From NCBI GenBank assembly GCA_965207445.1, contig CBDBLX010000002.1, forward strand, positions 1,623,849 through 1,687,848: 64,000 nt of DNA, given 5' to 3'. Position 1 is the stretch's first letter; every line of letters begins with the position of its first letter. The notes beneath the pieces are model-generated. The model did not search any database, was not told the DNA's origin, and saw only the letters and a list, made by a program, of their open reading frames with translations. This document shows positions 10,700 through 22,560 of this stretch, piece after piece. The position numbers and the translations under genes are program-made. Origin of the DNA: Nitrosopumilus sp. Lineage in GTDB: Archaea > Thermoproteota > Nitrososphaeria > Nitrososphaerales > Nitrosopumilaceae.

Positions 10700-11989
10700 A
10701 TGTACATCATAATGTTTAAGAGAACACACGACATTGCAGAGTTAAACGAATCTATGATTGGCAATACAGTTACGATCTCAGGTTGGATAGAAGATTATAG
10801 AAAGATGTCAAAGATGTCATTTGTAACATTACGTGACGTGACGGGCATTACGCAACTAGTCATAAAAGACGACAATGATGTAAAGGATTTGAGTAGACAA
10901 AGTGTAGTATCCATAGAGGGTACAATACAAGACACTAGGTCACGTGACTATGATTTTGAGATTTTAGTATCACACATCACACTACTAGCAAAAGCAGTGC
11001 ATCCGTTGCCAGTGGACCCCATTGGGAGATTAGAGAGTAACATTGACACAAGACTCAATCATCGTGCACTAGATATGAGAAATCAAAAGACAGCATCAAT
11101 ATTCAAGATCAAACATCATACACTGCAAGCATTACGAAACATACTGACAGCAGAAAAATTCATAGAGATTACAACACCCAAGATAATCGGTAGTGCAAGT
11201 GAGGGGGGTGCAAACTTGTTTTCACTAGAGTATTTTGGACGTACTGCATATTTGGCACAAAGTCCACAGTTATACAAAGAACAGATGACAATTGGATTAC
11301 AAAGAGTATTTGAGATATCAAACTTTTACAGAGCAGAAAACTCACATACAGGCAGACATCTGACAGAGTTTACCAGCGTTGACATAGAAGCAGCATTTAT
11401 GGACTATGATGATGTAATGCATGTTTTAGAGAGATTGGTTTCTGAAACGTGTAAAAGGGTAGCATCAGAGTGCATAACAGAACAAGACGAGATCGAGTGC
11501 GTCATACCAACACCCAATACACCATTTGAGCAAGTCACCTATGAGAGATGTATAAAAGAGCTACAAGATATGGACCAAAACATTGAATTCGGGGACGATT
11601 TGTTGGACTCACATCTACGAATCATAGGTCAAAATCACCCAGGATTCTTCTTTTTGACTGACTGGCCACTAAAACTAAAGCCATTTTACATCAGAGAAAA
11701 AGACGATAACCCTCAATTGTCACGATCATTTGACTTACAATACGGATATCTGGAACTCTCATCTGGTGGGACTAGACTGCACAACACACAGACATTAAAA
11801 AGTAGATTAGAGGAGCAAAAATTAGTTCCTGCTCAATTTGCAGATCATTTAGAATCATTTGAATGGGGAATGCCACCGCACTCTGGATGGGGAATGGGGT
11901 TAGATAGACTGTTGACAGTAATGGTGGGTATTGATAATGTGCGTGAGGTTGTGCTGTATCCTAGAGACCCAGACAGGCTCTCACCTTGA
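10700..11989 (+). CDS. aspS: Aspartyl-tRNA synthetase (archaeal, probably non-discriminating)
   Basis: OB-fold N-terminus, LAQSPQLYK, FYRAENS, GMPPHSGWGMGLDR, YPRDP. Confidence 0.96.
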   Translation: MYIIMFKRTHDIAELNESMIGNTVTISGWIEDYRKMSKMSFVTLRDVTGITQLVIKDDNDVKDLSRQSVVSIEGTIQDTRSRDYDFEILVSHITLLAKAVHPLPVDPIGRLESNIDTRLNHRALDMRNQKTASIFKIKHHTLQALRNILTAEKFIEITTPKIIGSASEGGANLFSLEYFGRTAYLAQSPQLYKEQMTIGLQRVFEISNFYRAENSHTGRHLTEFTSVDIEAAFMDYDDVMHVLERLVSETCKRVASECITEQDEIECVIPTPNTPFEQVTYERCIKELQDMDQNIEFGDDLLDSHLRIIGQNHPGFFFLTDWPLKLKPFYIREKDDNPQLSRSFDLQYGYLELSSGGTRLHNTQTLKSRLEEQKLVPAQFADHLESFEWGMPPHSGWGMGLDRLLTVMVGIDNVREVVLYPRDPDRLSP

Positions 11990-12139
11990 TTGTATCACAA
12001 CTTAAGATGTGAGATTAAAGGGATTAGCGTTATCAAATTTGCATTATGTAATTAGCATTATGTAATTAATAATATATTATTATTATTATTATTATTGTAA
12101 ATTATAATATATACTTTCAAATACAAAAAAAAGCAAAAT

Positions 12140-12427
12140 ATGGTTTTTATTGAAATGGGCAATACAATACATATGATAGAGCCAAAAGATGCAAAAGACA
12201 TAGTAGAGACACTTGGAAACAACCTGATTGGTGTATCACATGATGAAAAAAATTTTTCAAAACTACCCGATACATACTGGGGATACTTTGCAAGAGGACA
12301 TGATGCAAAAGGTACATTTGGTGTAATTGTTACATACTCAGAAGATGGAAGAGATGTAGATGAGATGATTGCCACATATGAAAAATGGGCAAAAGAGAAC
12401 AAAGGCTCAACTACAAACAAGTCCTAG
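12140..12427 (+). CDS. Hypothetical protein
   Basis: 95-aa ORF with host-like codon usage. Confidence 0.65.
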   Translation: MVFIEMGNTIHMIEPKDAKDIVETLGNNLIGVSHDEKNFSKLPDTYWGYFARGHDAKGTFGVIVTYSEDGRDVDEMIATYEKWAKENKGSTTNKS

Positions 12428-12564
12428 ATATTTTATAATTCAAAATAAAACACGTACCTTGATCAAGAATAGTGTAGGAAAATCAAGTCACCTATACATA
12501 AAAGAGAGATAGTGCCGGCTCAGAGTACAAAAAAGGTTATGAACCACCCACATCACTTACAAGT

Positions 12565-13302
12565 ATGAATGAATTATTCAGCAAATTGGCCGACCATATA
12601 GACGACTCTATCATACAAATGGATGAGGATGACAAACGGCAAAAGGATCTGTTTGAAGAGGCAAAAACTGCCACATTGGAGCCATGGGATTTTGCGATAC
12701 TTGAAATGATACGTCGCGAGGACATGACAGTTGCAATGAAGGTCGGTACGATGCGTTTTACGAGATCGACACTGCGTTTGTATGCTCATGGACTGATCGG
12801 TAAAATTGACAGGGAGTCAACGTTTGATGAAAGGGAACGACTCAATGCATTTCTAAACTCGCCGCAGTTCAAGGCATATGCAGACAACGTGAATGATACT
12901 GCAACAAAGCAGGACCGCCTCTACTTTAAGGATGTAGCAGAAATCATGCAGGAAAAAGACACCTCTAATATGTGGGACCTGATTGATGTGGGCGTGTCGG
13001 TGCATGGCATAGCCAAGACCTGTATGCACTGGCATACTAATATGTGGGACCTGACTGATGCGGGCATGTCGGCGCTTGAAACAGAGCGACAAAAGGCCAT
13101 GGCAGAATACGCCAAACTGCAGGACAAATACAAAAACGACCCTGCCGGATTCCACAACTCAAAAGGCAACGAAGCGTTCATGCCATTGCTGCTGGCCATG
13201 GGGATATCAGGGCCCATGACAGGGTATAATATGGCAACATTTGACCATGTGCATAGTATGTCTGCAGGCGGTGTTGAGTTTGTTGATCTTGGATTTTTCT
13301 GA
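12565..13302 (+). CDS. Hypothetical accessory protein with internal 39-bp duplication
   Basis: 245-aa ORF, higher GC than flanks; NMWDL occurs twice. Confidence 0.6.
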   Translation: MNELFSKLADHIDDSIIQMDEDDKRQKDLFEEAKTATLEPWDFAILEMIRREDMTVAMKVGTMRFTRSTLRLYAHGLIGKIDRESTFDERERLNAFLNSPQFKAYADNVNDTATKQDRLYFKDVAEIMQEKDTSNMWDLIDVGVSVHGIAKTCMHWHTNMWDLTDAGMSALETERQKAMAEYAKLQDKYKNDPAGFHNSKGNEAFMPLLLAMGISGPMTGYNMATFDHVHSMSAGGVEFVDLGFF

Positions 13303-13908
13303 TGTCAACTATTTGATGTGACATCTGTCCATCTCTTACTGCGAACAATCTAGTATTAAAAATAATGGAGCATCTTGAGTATTTTTAATTTTTTCAAACA
13401 GTTGTGAATATACATATTCGAACACAGGCATACTGCATCCGGTTATGGCGTTGAGGTCTGTGTCATCAGGCATGTTCAACAAATTGTAAATCAACTGAGC
13501 CACTACTGATACTTTTTGTCCCAGATGTCTTCTCTCATCGAGGGATACGTTGGGCAGTGACTTTTGTGTTCGGGCATAGTGCGATCTTTATCTTCAATGG
13601 TTTTGTCTTTGGTTTGAATGAGTTTTCATCTTGTTAATCTGATCAGTCAGATAAGTATTCTCTTTTTTAACTGTACAAGCTCCAAATTCTCAAGAGTTGT
13701 TGCCAATGTTATATTATCTAATTTTATAAATTAAAGCGCACGTTTTAAAAAAATAATTGACAAGTGAAAAATAACTACCATCTGTCATTGTATTATGATG
13801 CACGAGCATACAAACTAGCGATTTCCCGCCAAACTAGGTTTCTGCATAATTACTAATATAAAAATATATATATTCATATATATTAAAAATGTATACAAAT
13901 ACGATAAT

Positions 13909-14040
13909 TTAACGAGTATCTAGCATCAATCTTCGATACCCTTGACACTCTTTACAAATAGGTTTGTCTTTATACTTTGGATTACCATCTTTGATCTTGA
14001 GTGTTCCAGGTACAGTTTTACATATACAGCAAGCAACCAT
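13909..14040 (-). CDS. Small zinc-finger protein (43 aa, below the ORF-track cutoff)
   Basis: MVACCICKTVPGTLKIKDGNPKYKDKPICKECQGYRRLMLDTR*: two CxxC pairs. Confidence 0.7.
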   Translation of the reverse strand: MVACCICKTVPGTLKIKDGNPKYKDKPICKECQGYRRLMLDTR

Positions 14041-14184
14041 ATCAAATATAGAAAACACCTCCAATATGTGCCCTACGTTGTCTAATTATACATGATGAGT
14101 GTCCTTTCTAAAAAGATAGATTTTCACATTTAACTCTGATAATTTTCTCTAAAAACTGCAATTCAACTATGTAGTGAATTTTTT

Positions 14185-14332
14185 GTGTGAGGTAAGCTCT
14201 TTGGACACAATAATGAAATTACACACTTGTGTTTTGTCACGTCCCTGTCTGCATGTCAAGTATTGTGCATGCGATACATTTGGCTAGTAGTTATTTTGAA
14301 TGATTGTATCAGTCATGGAGTTTGGTTCACAC
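14185..14332 (-). mobile_element. MITE family A (148 bp)
   Basis: Reverse-complement match to family A; 7/8 target duplication AATTTTTT/GATTTTTT. Confidence 0.8.
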
Positions 14333-14875
14333 GATTTTTTGAAAAATAATTCACATTGTAGAGAACTTTTTAAAAACACGGTTTACGCCACCCCTGTAGA
14401 AAAATACAAACCTAATCGGGTCGAGGTTATCTATATGTCATGAAAATATACAGCATATGTGACAATAAAGTTACAATATAGGCACACATTATTGAGGAAG
14501 TAAAAGGTGGTAAAGGTGTCTCATTATATGTTGTTTTATTTTTGCCACATCTGTCTCTTGTTTTAACTTGCTGAATCAAATCATTATTCATACATATCTA
14601 AAACATACATTACCGATGTACAAATAGTATAAATCCCAAATGAATAATATTTTTTAGTATATATATATGTTCATTAAAATAGTATATGTAATAATATGAC
14701 CTTGCTTAGGTACAGTACGGTGTGGGAGAAGAAAGGTGACATGACACCTCACTACCTAAACTTATTTTGATCACTCTTCATATTTTAATAGATTCATTAT
14801 ATAATGCAAAAGATAGTTGGGAAATGATAATTGTTTGACCTGCACATATAAAAATAACAAACACAGATAATACAT

Positions 14876-15223
14876 ATGATGCAATGCGAGTTTTGTGGAT
14901 CCATGTTCGGGGACAGAACATGCTACTTTTGCAGCAAAAATTGTTGTACATCATGTATGACAGATGACAAGTCAAGATGCAAGAAATGTTACATTGAAAA
15001 GAAAAGGTTGGGATGGGTACAGATAGCAAAAAAGAATAAATTAATAATTATATTTGCAGCATGTCTGTGGTTTTATGCAGTATTCCCAGGTCCATTTTTT
15101 CCAGGTTTGGACTCTACGTTTTATACAATATCGATAATAGCTGCCGTGTTAATTATGATTCCAATATGTATGGCAATGTTCTTTTGGTCACTGAATCCAC
15201 CAAATTCTGATCTCAGAACGTAA
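14876..15223 (+). CDS. Cys-rich zinc-finger membrane protein
   Basis: Four CxxC-type pairs followed by two transmembrane helices. Confidence 0.75.
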   Translation: MMQCEFCGSMFGDRTCYFCSKNCCTSCMTDDKSRCKKCYIEKKRLGWVQIAKKNKLIIIFAACLWFYAVFPGPFFPGLDSTFYTISIIAAVLIMIPICMAMFFWSLNPPNSDLRT

Positions 15224-15243
15224 AAAATAGCAGTGTTTGTAAA

Positions 15244-16335
15244 CTAACTGAGTGTCATAATCTTGTCGATGACATGTTTTGTAAACTCAGATGTTGTACA
15301 CGACCCACCCATATCAACAGTGGTAATACCAGACTTAACAAGATCATATATAGCCGAAGATATCAAAGAGGAAGCATGTGTACAAGAATTGTCATTATGT
15401 TTTGCACCCAACCAATCGAGCATCATAGATACAGACAACAGAAATGATGATGGGTTTGCCACATTCTTTCCTGCAATATCAAATCCTGCCCCATGTACAG
15501 GCTCAAATAGTGCAAATTTATCACCAATGTTTGCAGCAGGTGCCATGCCCAAGCCACCAACCACTTGAGAAGACTCATCAGATAAAATATCACCAAAAAG
15601 ATTAGTAGTCACGATAACATCAAACTTTTGGGGTTCCCGTATCAGATTCATAGCACATGCATCAACATACATTTGATCAAATAATACATCAGGATACTTT
15701 TCAGAGACAGCAGAACACGCATCAGCAAACACACCATCAGTTATACGCATTACATTTGATTTATGTACACATGTGACACGCATGTCTGGTTTTTGACGAC
15801 AAAGTGCAGTCTCAAATGCAAAGGTTGCAATTCTAGTTGATGCCTTTTCTGTTATGATACGCAGTGCAATGGCTGCTCGCCCACAGTCATCAACAGATAT
15901 GGTATTTGCCCCCACATTAGGTGAATTAATTGTAAATTCTTTACCTGTATAGAGATCTTCGGTGTTTTCACGAACAATAACCATATCAATATCATCTCGA
16001 AGGGCAGGTGTGCCAGGATACGAACGAGAGGGCCTGATATTGGCATACAAATCAAGTAATCGTCGAAGTACAACAATAACATCAGCAGCAGACTCACCCA
16101 CAGGAGCCTTCAAGCACGCATCAGAACCACGTATTTCAGATAATGTCTCAGGTGGTAGTGCTTCGCCAGTCTGGGCAAGGGCTGCATCACCTGCTTTTAA
16201 CTCTACAATACAAAGATCAGGGCACTTTGAGATATTTGATATAGTATTCATTACAGAAAGTGCAGAATCAGAAAGTTCTGGTCCAATACCATCACCTGTG
16301 ATGAGGGATATATTATACACCATTATACAATCCAC
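15244..16335 (-). CDS. leuB: 3-isopropylmalate dehydrogenase (isocitrate/isopropylmalate dehydrogenase family)
   Basis: GDGIGPE, RENTEDLY, HKSNV, NLFGDILSD, EPVHG; downstream of ilvB-ilvH-leuA on the same strand. Confidence 0.85.
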   Translation of the reverse strand: MDCIMVYNISLITGDGIGPELSDSALSVMNTISNISKCPDLCIVELKAGDAALAQTGEALPPETLSEIRGSDACLKAPVGESAADVIVVLRRLLDLYANIRPSRSYPGTPALRDDIDMVIVRENTEDLYTGKEFTINSPNVGANTISVDDCGRAAIALRIITEKASTRIATFAFETALCRQKPDMRVTCVHKSNVMRITDGVFADACSAVSEKYPDVLFDQMYVDACAMNLIREPQKFDVIVTTNLFGDILSDESSQVVGGLGMAPAANIGDKFALFEPVHGAGFDIAGKNVANPSSFLLSVSMMLDWLGAKHNDNSCTHASSLISSAIYDLVKSGITTVDMGGSCTTSEFTKHVIDKIMTLS

Positions 16336-16591
16336 TCAAAGGGGAAATTTAGTATTTACTATACAAATAGTGTGTTGCATAATTTGTAAATTTACACACC
16401 TCTGAGTGTTGTGTCCATGTAGTGAGCCGTACAATATAGATAGCACAAAGGTCAAGATACACAACAACGTTACCAGCATATCGCGCTCAAGCCTAAAAGA
16501 CCAGCATGGCGATCCAATCTACTCTGTTTTGTCCAGCAACCAGATATGGATCAAGTCCCCCAATCTTCCAAATTAACTCAGCTGTCAGTAC

Positions 16592-16704
16592 GTCAGTAGT
16601 TCACAATGTGCCCAATTTTAATGATCTTATTTCTAATTATACTGTGCGGCAGGTTTACAATGGCAAGTAACTACCGTGCTCCAATTCCCACCAAAGTAAT
16701 CTTC
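16592..16704 (-). mobile_element. Isolated right end of the ISH3-like element
   Basis: GTCAGTAGTTCACAATGTGCCCAATT... is the reverse complement of ~24390-24500. Confidence 0.85.
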
Positions 16705-16708
16705 TAAT

Positions 16709-16856
16709 GTGTGAACCAAGCTCCATGACAGATATGATCATTCAAAAATAAATCTGTCCAAATGTCACGCATACACGATATTCAATATATAGATAGAAAT
16801 GTGACTAAATATAGGTATATAATTTTATTATTACATCCACAGAGCTTGGTGCACAC
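16709..16856 (+). mobile_element. MITE family A (148 bp)
   Basis: TIRs GTGTGAACCAAGCTC...GAGCTTGGTGCACAC. Confidence 0.88.
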
Positions 16857-17098
16857 GATTATTTCAAGCACGAAATTACAAAAATCCACTGTACAGAAAC
16901 TTACGTCCGTCGCCATATTTATGAGCATTAATAATTAGATCTGAACGCTTATCTTGTGAGCATCATAATATGATCAAAGTTTTAAAATAAATAAATAAAT
17001 AAATAAACAAATAAAAAAATGTTGCATTATCTGCAATATCTAGACTGCTTACAGTCATCTTTTTACACAGTTGGAATTACTAGTAAAATCATTACGCC

Positions 17099-17272
17099 TT
17101 ATTCGCCACCCGGTGCAAAGGACACTTTTTTACCCTTTACAACAAATTTTACCGTTTCTGGATACTCCATCAACTCCATGATAGGTTTTGGTATCCTACA
17201 AAGGTGGCTCCCAAGTCCGTTATGGTTTACGTTCATTTCAAATTCACGTGCGCCTTTTTTCCAACGAGACAT
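17099..17272 (-). CDS. Small AbrB/MazE-like DNA-binding protein (57 aa, below the ORF-track cutoff)
   Basis: MSRWKKGAREFEMNVNHNGLGSHLCRIPKPIMELMEYPETVKFVVKGKKVSFAPGGE*; IPKPI..L...V.F swapped-hairpin pattern. Confidence 0.65.
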   Translation of the reverse strand: MSRWKKGAREFEMNVNHNGLGSHLCRIPKPIMELMEYPETVKFVVKGKKVSFAPGGE

Positions 17273-17962
17273 AAAATTGCATATGTAGAGTTACTTTTAA
17301 TGCTTTTGATCAGTATGTGACAACGGAAATGAATATTTTTTATTAAAATAATTACAATGTTATTTGGTAATATTACAAATATTAATCAAAAGGTAAAAAA
17401 TATAATAAAAATTAATATGAATTTAAATACAATAGTAATATGTTATTTTTTTATGCCATTTTGCAAACATTTGAATTAAACTTTATACCGCCTATTACAG
17501 TACGATCAAACTAGAGGTAATACAAGTGACAGATTGCATTATTTAACAAATGCAAAAAACACTCAAATATGAGCACAGAATAAAACGTACTCAAACATAA
17601 CAACAGACTACACAGATCAAACAAGTGACACTATAAAGTAATTATAATTTTGTTCAGGGGTGTCAAGATATGGTTTTTGTTGGTATTGTATAATGATGTT
17701 CATAAATTTTGGCACAATGAAAAAATTATGTTGGGTGGTTTTTAACAGACATCTTTGCATAGGAATGCTCAGTGATTTAGATTTGCCATATTTTTAAAAT
17801 ATAAAATGTCAAAAAATGTGGTGTTGAGGATCTATGATACACACGTGCGCTAACATGTAACGGGACATTAAACATAGAGACTGTAGACTGGCACATTTAG
17901 CCTACAACCGTATTCATCTATTTTGGAATCAGCAATGCTGGAATTTGCATTTACAAATGGGC

Positions 17963-18043
17963 GAGGTTGGTGCGTAATTGACGTTAGCATGCCTATGACC
18001 CTTTTGTGAGATTACTTGGTTTATTGCACATTCAATCTGCATA
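17963..18043 (-). mobile_element. Isolated right end of the IS5-like element
   Basis: GAGGTTGGTGCGTAATTGAC...TTTATTGCACATTCAATCTGCA matches 44263 onward and the reverse complement of ~21250-21327. Confidence 0.85.
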
Positions 18044-18334
18044 GATGTGTGTTGAGGTGTACAAGTAGGGGGTTTAACTGTTACTTTGTACGATTAGATC
18101 CTGTTTAAATAACAGATACGACTAAGATATAAGAGGAATTGGAGCAAGTATAATTATGATAGATAATCGAATTGAGATTACAATAGACATACCGCGGTCT
18201 GATTCCATACGTGACTCTGACAAGGAAAAAGACTGCAAAGACAAGACATCGGGTACCCGCCCCATGTATTTCTATCAGGGACCAACGATCATAAACAAAA
18301 GCATAATTATATCCAATCCAGAGCAGAATTAACG

Positions 18335-19576
18335 TTATACCTCTCGCCACACAATCTTTTCAGCGTGAATGTCTATCCTATCAACAGGCATGTTGCGCCT
18401 CAATTGAGCCGTTATCATGTCCTCTACTTGCCTTACCAAATCCTGCCGCATTTGCTCTGACATGCGTTTGTCTTGCGATGAGGTGTTCTGATCCGAGTCA
18501 TTGCCGGAAGGTTGCGATGGGGGCATAATGCTCAAGTTTAGTTGTGGCGGGATGCGCCTGATCCGTTTCAACTGCATTGGTCCCGAGTATTCGTGGCATC
18601 TGGCAGACGATTCTATACACGCAACAACTGCGTTGTCTTCCTCGTATACGTCCTTGTCATCATCATCAAAATATGCCAAGGTATTTTCAAATGAATTGAG
18701 GTTCAAGTCCTTTTCATACTGTAGGAACAGGTCCCAGCACAGTTCTTCTAGTTCACCATCCATGTCGCTTACCTGCAGCCCCATCTGTTTGGCCTCGCGC
18801 CTTCCAACGGAGTGTCCGTGGATAAACGTGCACTCAGTAAGTGCTGTTATTACGTTTTGAATCTCAGCGTCAGTCAATGTGGGTTTTACCTGCCTGAGCA
18901 TCTTTTCTGCGATTGCTCGGGCATAAGAATGCACGCGGTTTATCTGCCCCAGTATAGGTGGGCACAGCGCATCTGCCAGTGATTTTGTCAAATTTGCCAG
19001 TGCATCCTGACTTGTAATCCCGACCTTATCTTTTATGAATGACAGGTATGAGGGTATGTCCTCTGTACTGATCGTCATCGGAAAGAAGTCACTCGGCGCC
19101 CCATCGCGCCCACTAGTCATCTGCGGGTCAATTGGGCCCAGTTCGCCCTTTCTACCCATCAGAATCTTGTCTGTTCCCAATGCAATCAGTGTGGTTGCGC
19201 TAAATGCCTTGAAGTAAAGCATATTAGTTGAGCACATATTATGAATACAAAATATTAGAAAACTATCGGATCTTTAATGAAACTATTATGCCTTGAAGGT
19301 GATCAGTGCATTTAGTTCTTCACCGTACTCTCTGAGCATACTAATGATGGGCCAGGGGGTATCCAGATTTCCGCCCCTTGAATAGAGGTAAAGGTCAATC
19401 TTCTGTACCTTTTCATTGTTGTTCATACTCCTCAGGTGTTCGTAAATCCACCTTATGGCGTCACTTGAAATCTGCGCGTTTAAAATCGGCCTATCTCCTA
19501 CAAAGTACACTAGGACTTTTGAATTGCGGTGCTGCTCTATCTTTTCTATGATGTTTCTACGATCTGCTCTGCCCAT
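18335..19576 (-). pseudogene. SDH-family ClpP-fold serine protease split by a MITE D fragment
   Basis: LYSRGG...ITFKA | FKAFSATTLIALG..I.MG..GELGPIDPQ, HGHSV; 11-bp duplication ATGCCTTGAAG at 19204 and 19288 flanks the insert. Confidence 0.85.
19226..19291. mobile_element. MITE family D, half copy
   Basis: AGTTGAGCACATATTATGAATACAAAATATTAGAAAACTATCGGATCTTTAATGAAACTATTATGC is identical to 61199-61264. Confidence 0.9.
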
Positions 19577-19647
19577 TTGAATATCTGTCGTACCATTCTA
19601 TTAAAAATGAATCCATTTGGTAGGTATTAAAGCAATGTGGTTGAATT

Positions 19648-21327
19648 GAGGTTGGTGCGCAATTCATCAAATTGCCACCTGCATCGTACTTGCAAAGTCA
19701 TCTGCAAATATCACCAGAGTTTTATGTGCATATATTTAATAAGCTCATATATAAAAGTATCTGCGCGCATACCAAAAGTGACTTATAGGGGCATCCCAAT
19801 TGAATAATTGTAATATGAACAAAGGGGATGCTAAACAACGTTGACTAGCCAATCTTATCAACGTATCGTTTGTGAAGTGTGGTGGAACGACGACATATGT
19901 GTGGGCTGCCACAACATGCTATGCTACACAGAATGACGTCCATTACAATGCATGGCTTGTGATGAATGTGACGCCTGCTTGTTGTTTGTGTAAATTTAGT
20001 GTGTGAGTTTCAAGTAAGAACAGATTATGGAGGTAGACCGTACAGTGACAGAGCAGCAGCACAAGCGACGCGAAGGTTACTGGCAGTATTACGAACAGGC
20101 ACGCAAATCTGAGCAGGATTTTATGCGCAAGACATGGTTGTCGGCGATACGAAAAAACCCACATCCGTGCAAGGAAAAGAAAACAAATAGAGGAGGATGC
20201 AAGCCTGTACACTTGCGTGGCAAGATGGATTTTTTGTGTCTTTTTAAAGTTGCAAAAAATATTCCTTTTCGTGATGTGGTAAATGAGCTTGGACATATGC
20301 ATGATGAATGGGTTGACGAGCCGATGCCTGATTAGTTGAGTAACCGAACATATGCAAACAATTGATCTCGACTGGCTTGATTCTATTTTGGCATATACTG
20401 CCAATATGTGTCTAACTGAACTTAAAAAATCGGGGACAGATCCGGTACCGATAAAATACAAAGAGTCCATACTTACGCACGGATCCGAGGATTTTGAGAG
20501 CGGTAAACAAGACGTAAAACAAGAACCTACAGCTCCAATTGGGGTAGACAGTAGTGGGGTAGAGACTGACAGGTACGAAAAACAAGAAAAATCTAATCAT
20601 TTACCACAAGACTTTGAGCCGACACGCATCAAGACGTACCTAAAATATCACATTACTGCGATAACAGGACACCAGATCATACTTGCATCATACACAACTC
20701 CAAGCAATGTGAGTGACACGCCAATGCTTCCATATATGGTCAACTTTTTCGTAAAAAACTATACACAGATTGAAGAGTGCTTATTCAACGGAGACAAGAG
20801 ATACATTCGGATCAAAACTGTGAGATAATATTCAATGCAAACATGAAACCAAACATAAAGCAGCGCAATCACACAGATGGCGCAGGTCATACAAACCGTG
20901 GCAAACCAAGCAGAAAAAAGGCAGCGGAGATCTTTGACAAAGATGCATACAAACAACGCGCACTTATCGAGGCAATATTTGGAGCAGTAGAAGAGACAAA
21001 GAATCACAGGCTACACTATCGTATGCGTCTGGCCAAAAACCAAAAGCGGTTTGGTAAAATACTATCAATTGCAGGGAATATCAACGTCCTAAACAGATTT
21101 ATCTGCGCTCATAAAAAAGGGCAAAAGATTCCATCATACCAATGATAGTGACTGCTATCACACTTGCACGTCCATATTCTATAATCCATGTCTGCCAAAA
21201 CACACATGTATATTCAAAAACGAAACGCACTATAGATAGATTCCAGTCTTTTGTAGATTGAATGTGCAATAAACCAAGTTCACAGACGGGTCACAGGCAG
21301 GCCAAATGTCAATTACGCACCAACCTC
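19648..21327 (+). mobile_element. IS5-family-like insertion sequence (1.68 kb), transposase fragmented (20027-21145)
   Basis: TIRs GAGGTTGGTGCG(C/T)AATT; DDE motifs GVDSSG, GDKRY, YKQRALIEAIFG across three frames. Confidence 0.85.
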
Positions 21328-21531
21328 CCATGCCAGACATATATTAAAAATGATCACACGTTATTTGCAACCAAACTTTGTTCTGTGCTAAGACTTTTGA
21401 GTGTCGCTATAGGAAGAGTACATCATGCAACCATTCAGTATACGAGGGTGGTGGGGCGTAGGTATTACGTAGTTAAGTATCTTATTAGTCAAGTTCAAAC
21501 ATTTAAAAGCGGTATTTCCTATTAGCTAATA

Positions 21532-22560
21532 ATGATTACACATCAGGAAATAGGGGTTTTAAATCATGAACCCAAGCTTAAGGAGAGTAAAGAGAGGGTG
21601 GCACGACACTTTGAGGATGCAGGGTGGACGCTTTATTACAACCAGATGATCCGAGGTAGAATAGCGGATCTGGTGGCCGAAAAGAACGGAAAACTGGCAA
21701 TAATCGAGGTAAAGGGGAGTGGATTGAAACGGGACAATGCCATTCGGACAGTCCTGCATTTTAAAAATGCCGTAAATTACGCATACCTGGCAATCCCCGG
21801 TGCCCTAGGCCAGAGAATGGAAAATATGTGCAGAGAGTTGGGAGTGGGCCTGATTACCATAGACGACGACATTATAGAGGCAGTATCTCCCCAGGAAACA
21901 GAGGCGCTGGACTCAGTAAGGTGTAGGATCCTTCATGTGGAGAAAAAGCGGCCTGCAGTTCGGAGAAAGAGTCTCCTGCAGACGTTATTCCGATCAACGA
22001 CGCTTGTGCACGTACTGGGCTTTCTGCTGCTGAATCAGACAGGCGAGTTTTATCTAAACGAGCTGGCACAGAGGACAGGGCTGGCACCATCGACTGTCCT
22101 GAGGGAACTGAACAGGGTGGAGCCATTAGGTATCATCTCCAAGACCAAAAAGGGCACGGCAGTGTTTTATAGGATAAACAGGAACTGCATAATCCATGAG
22201 GAACTAAGACGGATATTTCTAAAGTTTGAGATTGCAGACATGATCATCACAAAGGAACTTGCACAGTACGACATAAGGTACGCGCTGATTTACGGTTCGT
22301 TTGCCAAGGGGACAGAGACAGAGTCAAGTGACATAGACTTGTTGGTTATAGGCCAGGTATCTAGGGACAGGTTTTATGAGTCAGTTTCAGCCTTGGAAAA
22401 CAAGATAGGGAGGGAGATCAACGCAATCGTGTGGGACGAGCAGCAGTTTAGTAGTCAGAAGGAGAGATCATCACTATTAGGCCATATAAAGCTCAATGAG
22501 ATAATCATGATAAGTGGGGATGAAGATAGATTTAAGCAATATTGCACGATAAGAAGATAG
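21532..22560 (+). CDS. PD-(D/E)XK-like + winged-helix + minimal nucleotidyltransferase (MNT antitoxin-type) fusion
   Basis: IADLVAEKNGKLAIIEVK; YLNELAQRTGLAPSTVLREL HTH; LIYGSFAKG..TESSDIDLLVIG. Confidence 0.85.
   Translation: MITHQEIGVLNHEPKLKESKERVARHFEDAGWTLYYNQMIRGRIADLVAEKNGKLAIIEVKGSGLKRDNAIRTVLHFKNAVNYAYLAIPGALGQRMENMCRELGVGLITIDDDIIEAVSPQETEALDSVRCRILHVEKKRPAVRRKSLLQTLFRSTTLVHVLGFLLLNQTGEFYLNELAQRTGLAPSTVLRELNRVEPLGIISKTKKGTAVFYRINRNCIIHEELRRIFLKFEIADMIITKELAQYDIRYALIYGSFAKGTETESSDIDLLVIGQVSRDRFYESVSALENKIGREINAIVWDEQQFSSQKERSSLLGHIKLNEIIMISGDEDRFKQYCTIRR

Noticed and set aside
12965..13075. Diversity-generating retroelement TR/VR pair
   Set aside because: Only 39 bp, the mismatches are not all at adenines of one strand, and no reverse transcriptase is in the window
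13480..13710. Possible transposase N-terminal remnant on the minus strand
   Set aside because: Too degraded; no diagnostic motif or terminal repeat
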